A stretch of DNA of 19,688 nucleotides from Thermoplasmata archaeon (lineage in GTDB: Archaea > Thermoplasmatota > SW-10-69-26 > JACQPN01 > JAJPHT01). Shown here in pieces: positions 16,112 through 19,688 of this stretch (position 1 is the first letter of the stretch; each line of letters opens with the position of its first letter). The stretch spans positions 1 through 19,688 of the forward strand of contig JAXDQU010000086.1 in assembly GCA_034667685.1 (NCBI GenBank), written 5' to 3'. The notes beneath the pieces are model-generated. The model had not been told where the DNA came from and searched no databases. It saw nothing but the letters and a program-made list of their open reading frames with translations. The position numbers and the translations under genes were made by a program.

Positions 16112-16966
16112 ATGCTCCTGGGTTGTCACGTCGGCATCAGCGGCGGCGTCGAGCGCGCGCCCCCCGTAGCCAAGGCGTTGGGCTGCGACGCGATGCAGAT
16201 CTTCACCAAGAACCAGATGCAGTGGAAGGCGAGCCCGCTGAAGCCCGAGGGCATCGAGGCGTTCAAGGCCGGCGTGAAGGCCGCGGAGCTGGGCCCCACG
16301 CTCGTCCACTGCAGCTATCTTCTCAACTGCGCGAGCGTCGAGGAGGAGCTGTGGAACAAGAGCATCGACGGGCTCGTCATGGAGGTCGAGCGCGCCGAGC
16401 AGCTCGCGATACCCTACATCACGTTCCACCCGGGCAGCCCCAAGGACAAGGGGAGCGACTGGGGATGCCGGCGCGTGGGCGAGGCGGTCACGGCCGCGCT
16501 GGAGAAGACGAAGGGCACGAAGCCCATGATCCTCCTGGAGACCAACGCGGGCCAGGGCTCGGCCGTCGGGCGCACGTTCTCCGAGCTGGCCGCCATGATG
16601 CAGGCCATCCCCACCGGCCTGCGCAAGCGCGTCGGCATCTGCTTCGACACGTGCCACGTGTTCGTCTCGGGCTACGACATCCACTCCGAGGAAGGGTACG
16701 AGGACACGTTCGCCACGTTCGACAACGAGATCGGCCTCGCGCACCTCAAGGCCTTCCACCTGAACGACAGCAAGGAGGGGCTTGATAGCAAAAAGGACCG
16801 GCACGCCAAGATCGGCGAGGGCAAGCTCGGCCTGGAGCCCTTCCGCCGGCTCGTCAACGACCCGCGCTTCGCGGCGATCCCGGGCTACCTGGAGACGCCG
16901 GTCGACGACGAGGCGGAGTACGCGGCCGAGATCGCGACACTGCGCAAGCTCGTCAAGAAGAAGTGA
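16112..16966 (+). CDS. nfo: Endonuclease IV (AP endonuclease 2)
   Basis: LGCHV.ISGG, QIFTKN, HCSYLLN, FHPGS, LLETNAGQG, CFDTCH.F.SGYD, HLNDSK....SKKDRH..IGEG and LETP. Start at ATG 16112 after AATCCTTATG at 16078-16087. Confidence 0.97.
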   Translation: MLLGCHVGISGGVERAPPVAKALGCDAMQIFTKNQMQWKASPLKPEGIEAFKAGVKAAELGPTLVHCSYLLNCASVEEELWNKSIDGLVMEVERAEQLAIPYITFHPGSPKDKGSDWGCRRVGEAVTAALEKTKGTKPMILLETNAGQGSAVGRTFSELAAMMQAIPTGLRKRVGICFDTCHVFVSGYDIHSEEGYEDTFATFDNEIGLAHLKAFHLNDSKEGLDSKKDRHAKIGEGKLGLEPFRRLVNDPRFAAIPGYLETPVDDEAEYAAEIATLRKLVKKK

Positions 16967-16987
16967 GGCGCGCGGGGAGACGCCCGC

Positions 16988-19084
16988 CTACACGCGCGGG
17001 TAGAGCCTCGCCTGGCCCCCTTCCGTGCGCGACTCGACGAGGCCGCGGCGCGCGAGGCGCTTCACGACGTAGTGCACCGCGGGCCGGGAGACGCCCAGCT
17101 CCCTGGCGAGGGCGGCGGCGTGGGCGCCCGGGCTGCGCCGCAGCAGGAGGAGCACGCGCGCCTCGGCGCCGTCCGCGAGCAGCACGGCGCGCTCCGCGAG
17201 GCGGACCGGATCGAGGCTTCCCGCCAGGAAGTAACGCGCCTGCCCCGCGGCCTCCGCGCGCGCCAGGTGCCCGCCGCGCACGAGGACGCGCAGGTGGTGG
17301 CGCACGGCGCCCCCGCGGATGCCCGTCGCGTCGGAGAGCTCGGCGACCGAGAGCCCGGGCGTCGTCTCCAGCGCGCGAAGGATGATGGCGCGCCGGGGAT
17401 GGGCGGGCAGCTCGCGGCTGCGGATGCGCGAGTAGAGCACCGCCAGCGCGGCGCGGCTGAGGAGGAGCAGCGCGAGCAGCGAGGCGCCCGCCACCGCGAG
17501 GGTCGCCGCCTTGGCGCTCCCGGACGTGAAGCCGGGCACCGCGGCGGGTCCGGGCGTCTGGAGCGCGCCGAGGCGGATGGCGTGGCCCTTCGTCCCGTCC
17601 GCCGCGGCCTGACCCGAGAGGGGCGGCAGGAGCCCGGGCGTGCGCGTCCAGGTCACGTCGACGCTCGACACGAACTGGCGCATGATCGCCTTGCCCGTGA
17701 GGGCGTCGAGCACGATCCCGTCGCCGTTCCCCTCGCCGCCGTTGTTTGCCGGCTGCTGGAGGGGGGCCGCGGGCTGGGCGGAGGGCGTCGTGAGGGCGGC
17801 GTCCACCTCGATGGTGGCCCCGTCCGCCCCGATTTGATAGCTGTAGGTCCACAGCGGCTCGTCCGGGTTGAGGCGCTCCGCCTGGAACCGCCTCACGGCC
17901 GCGGCGAAGCTCAGCGAGCGCGCGGGCGGCTGCCGCGGGACCGTCCCGGGGGGAACGGAGGCCTGCCCTTCGCGCTGGGCGGGCTTGCACATCATGGCGG
18001 AGCGCGGCAGGGTGGCGGGCGGCGGGAGGTCGGGCACCGTGCACGACCCGTCCTGCGTGCTCGTGACGCTGCTCGAACCGCCCTCGCGCGAGGCCCAGAC
18101 GAACGTCCACGACTCCGCCGTCGAGTCGTTCTTGTGCGGATCGTGCGCGTGCGTCGCCCACACGATGGGCGCGTCGGGGTGCGACGCCATGAAGTCGCGG
18201 TGCTGGGTGAGCGACGTGTCGTTCGCGATGGCCGCCAGCGCCGCCTCCGCGGGGAACGGGCTGAAGCCGTGGTCGGGCGCGGGCTGCGCGGGCTCGACGA
18301 AGTCCGACGGATCGACCGTTCCCGGAGCGAGGGGAGCCTGCGCCGGCAGCAGCGGGTCCTGCCCCGCCTCGAAGCCGACGAGACGGACGGTCGCGTTCCC
18401 CGCATCGCCGCACGGATCGCCCCCGAGCGGGGACGCCCGGCAGTCGCTCCACGCCAGGGCGTAGGGCAGGCCCGGCGCGAGCCACACGGCGCCCGCGGGG
18501 TCGCCCGCCCGGAGCAGCTCGAACCGCGTGGCCGCGTAGCCGCGGACGATCTCCGTCCCGTTCTCGCGGATGGCCTCGCCCTCGAACGCCGGGCACAGCG
18601 CGCCCGCGTCCGCCCGGGCGATCGCGTCGAGCGCCATGCCCTGCCAGCCCGCCCGCTCCAGGCAGGCGCGCCCCGCCGGCGTCGAGGGGGCGTACCAGAT
18701 GCCGCCCGTCTCCGCCTTCATCGTGGTCGTGTTGTCGCCCCAGAGGAAGGCGTCGCCCGTGCTGCCCCCGCCCCCGGAGGCGCGCCCGCCGTACGCTTCC
18801 CAGATGCGGGGAACGGGCTCGCCGCCGCGGTAGCCCACGCGCACGGGAGCCTGGTCGTCGTGGATCTCCAGCATGTCGAGCCGCATCGGGCGGCCCCACT
18901 CGTCCCAGAAGGCGAGCGTGCCGTTCCAGACGAGGGTCGTCGTCCTGCCGTTCTCGACGTACGCGAAGTGGTCGCCCTGGCGCGGGACGCCCACGCGGAG
19001 CGGTTCGGCGGCCGACCCCAGGCTCGTGGCCGGGAGCAGGGCGGGAGCCAGGAGAAGCAAGAGCACGGCAAGCGCGCGGATCAT
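16988..19084 (-). CDS. Membrane-anchored transcriptional regulator: signal peptide, large extracellular domain, TM helix, two winged-HTH domains
   Basis: MIRALAVLLLLLAPALL signal after GGAGG; TM ATLAVAGASLLALLLL; LYSRI...HPRRAIILRALETTPGLSVAELSDATGIRGGAVRHHLRVL...RYF; second HTH PGAHAAALARELGVSRPAVHYVVKRL. Confidence 0.88.
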   Translation of the reverse strand: MIRALAVLLLLLAPALLPATSLGSAAEPLRVGVPRQGDHFAYVENGRTTTLVWNGTLAFWDEWGRPMRLDMLEIHDDQAPVRVGYRGGEPVPRIWEAYGGRASGGGGSTGDAFLWGDNTTTMKAETGGIWYAPSTPAGRACLERAGWQGMALDAIARADAGALCPAFEGEAIRENGTEIVRGYAATRFELLRAGDPAGAVWLAPGLPYALAWSDCRASPLGGDPCGDAGNATVRLVGFEAGQDPLLPAQAPLAPGTVDPSDFVEPAQPAPDHGFSPFPAEAALAAIANDTSLTQHRDFMASHPDAPIVWATHAHDPHKNDSTAESWTFVWASREGGSSSVTSTQDGSCTVPDLPPPATLPRSAMMCKPAQREGQASVPPGTVPRQPPARSLSFAAAVRRFQAERLNPDEPLWTYSYQIGADGATIEVDAALTTPSAQPAAPLQQPANNGGEGNGDGIVLDALTGKAIMRQFVSSVDVTWTRTPGLLPPLSGQAAADGTKGHAIRLGALQTPGPAAVPGFTSGSAKAATLAVAGASLLALLLLSRAALAVLYSRIRSRELPAHPRRAIILRALETTPGLSVAELSDATGIRGGAVRHHLRVLVRGGHLARAEAAGQARYFLAGSLDPVRLAERAVLLADGAEARVLLLLRRSPGAHAAALARELGVSRPAVHYVVKRLARRGLVESRTEGGQARLYPRV

Positions 19085-19196
19085 CGTCCCTCCAGCGCCG
19101 CGCCTCAACATGAGTCGGTTGGCCCTCGAGCTTACCACCTCCGCGCGTCAGGAGGCCTCGGGTCCCATCAGCCTATCCGGGCCTCGCGCCACCGCG

Positions 19197-19550
19197 CTAC
19201 GCGCCCACGGCGCCGCACCCGAAGCAGAACGGCTCGTGGAGGCGCCCCTCGCGCCCGCACTCGCCGCAGAGGTACGCGAGGCTCGGGCGCGGCTTGGGGT
19301 TGAACAGGAGGACGGCGTTGGCGTAGCCCGCCGTCACGACGCACGCGAACGCCCACCCCTCCGGGTCGAGGCCCAGGCGGCTCGCCTTGGCCGCGGCCCA
19401 GACCGAGGCGCAGACCAGGAGGCCGCCCAGCGCCGCCAGGAGCGCCAGGGACCCGATGCGCATGGGGTCGGGCAGGAGCGCCGAGAGGATGGCCCAGGGA
19501 GCCAGGAACGCCACGGTGCAGGCCAGGGACGTGGTCAGGGAGGAGCGCAT
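19197..19550 (-). CDS. Small membrane protein with C-terminal zinc ribbon
   Basis: About three hydrophobic segments, then CGECG...FCFGCG. ATG 19550 lies ~25 nt after CCTTATG on the minus strand (the track start is 19586). Confidence 0.8.
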   Translation of the reverse strand: MRSSLTTSLACTVAFLAPWAILSALLPDPMRIGSLALLAALGGLLVCASVWAAAKASRLGLDPEGWAFACVVTAGYANAVLLFNPKPRPSLAYLCGECGREGRLHEPFCFGCGAVGA

Positions 19551-19626
19551 GCCGCGGCCTCGGGCGGGACGGCCATAAGGCGTCACGAACGCGCATTGAC
19601 CAGGCGACGCCCGGCTTCTGAAGCGG

Positions 19627-19688
19627 ACTCGGAAGAGGAATCGGAATCGGAATCGGACCCGATTCCGATTCCGATTCCCCTTCCGAGT
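19627..19688. repeat. Palindrome of 6-bp tandem units (GGAATC x3 / GATTCC x3) at the window end
   Basis: 19627-19656 pairs with 19659-19688 at 29/30 positions with a 2-nt loop. Confidence 0.95.

Overview
High-GC (roughly 70% by eye), gene-dense window that is most likely archaeal and Thermoplasmatota-like. This is inferred from an archaeal/eukaryote-type IleRS, a PdxS with a long internal insertion, a PGF-CTERM-like sorting tail, a membrane-anchored double-wHTH regulator, and TATA-like patches ~25-35 nt before most start codons. Housekeeping genes: ubiX, pdxT, pdxS, ileS, nfo, a MazG-like pyrophosphatase, a HAD hydrolase, an SDR, a DCC1-like protein, and DedA and EamA membrane proteins. Accessory genes: a D-amino-acid-oxidase-like flavoprotein, a secreted G1 (eqolisin) glutamic peptidase, a 6-Cys secreted peptide, a surface lipoprotein and three small Zn-finger proteins, one of them missing from the ORF track. 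The most striking unexplained structure is a set of intergenic palindromes whose arms are tandem repeats with unit lengths of 6, 7, 8 and 9 bp. One of these is nested inside another, two copies share polar ends, and one lies at each end of the window; no cognate mobilizing gene is present. IleRS also carries an in-frame ~59-aa histone-H1-like Lys/Ala tail. No rRNA, tRNA, CRISPR array or transposase was recognised.
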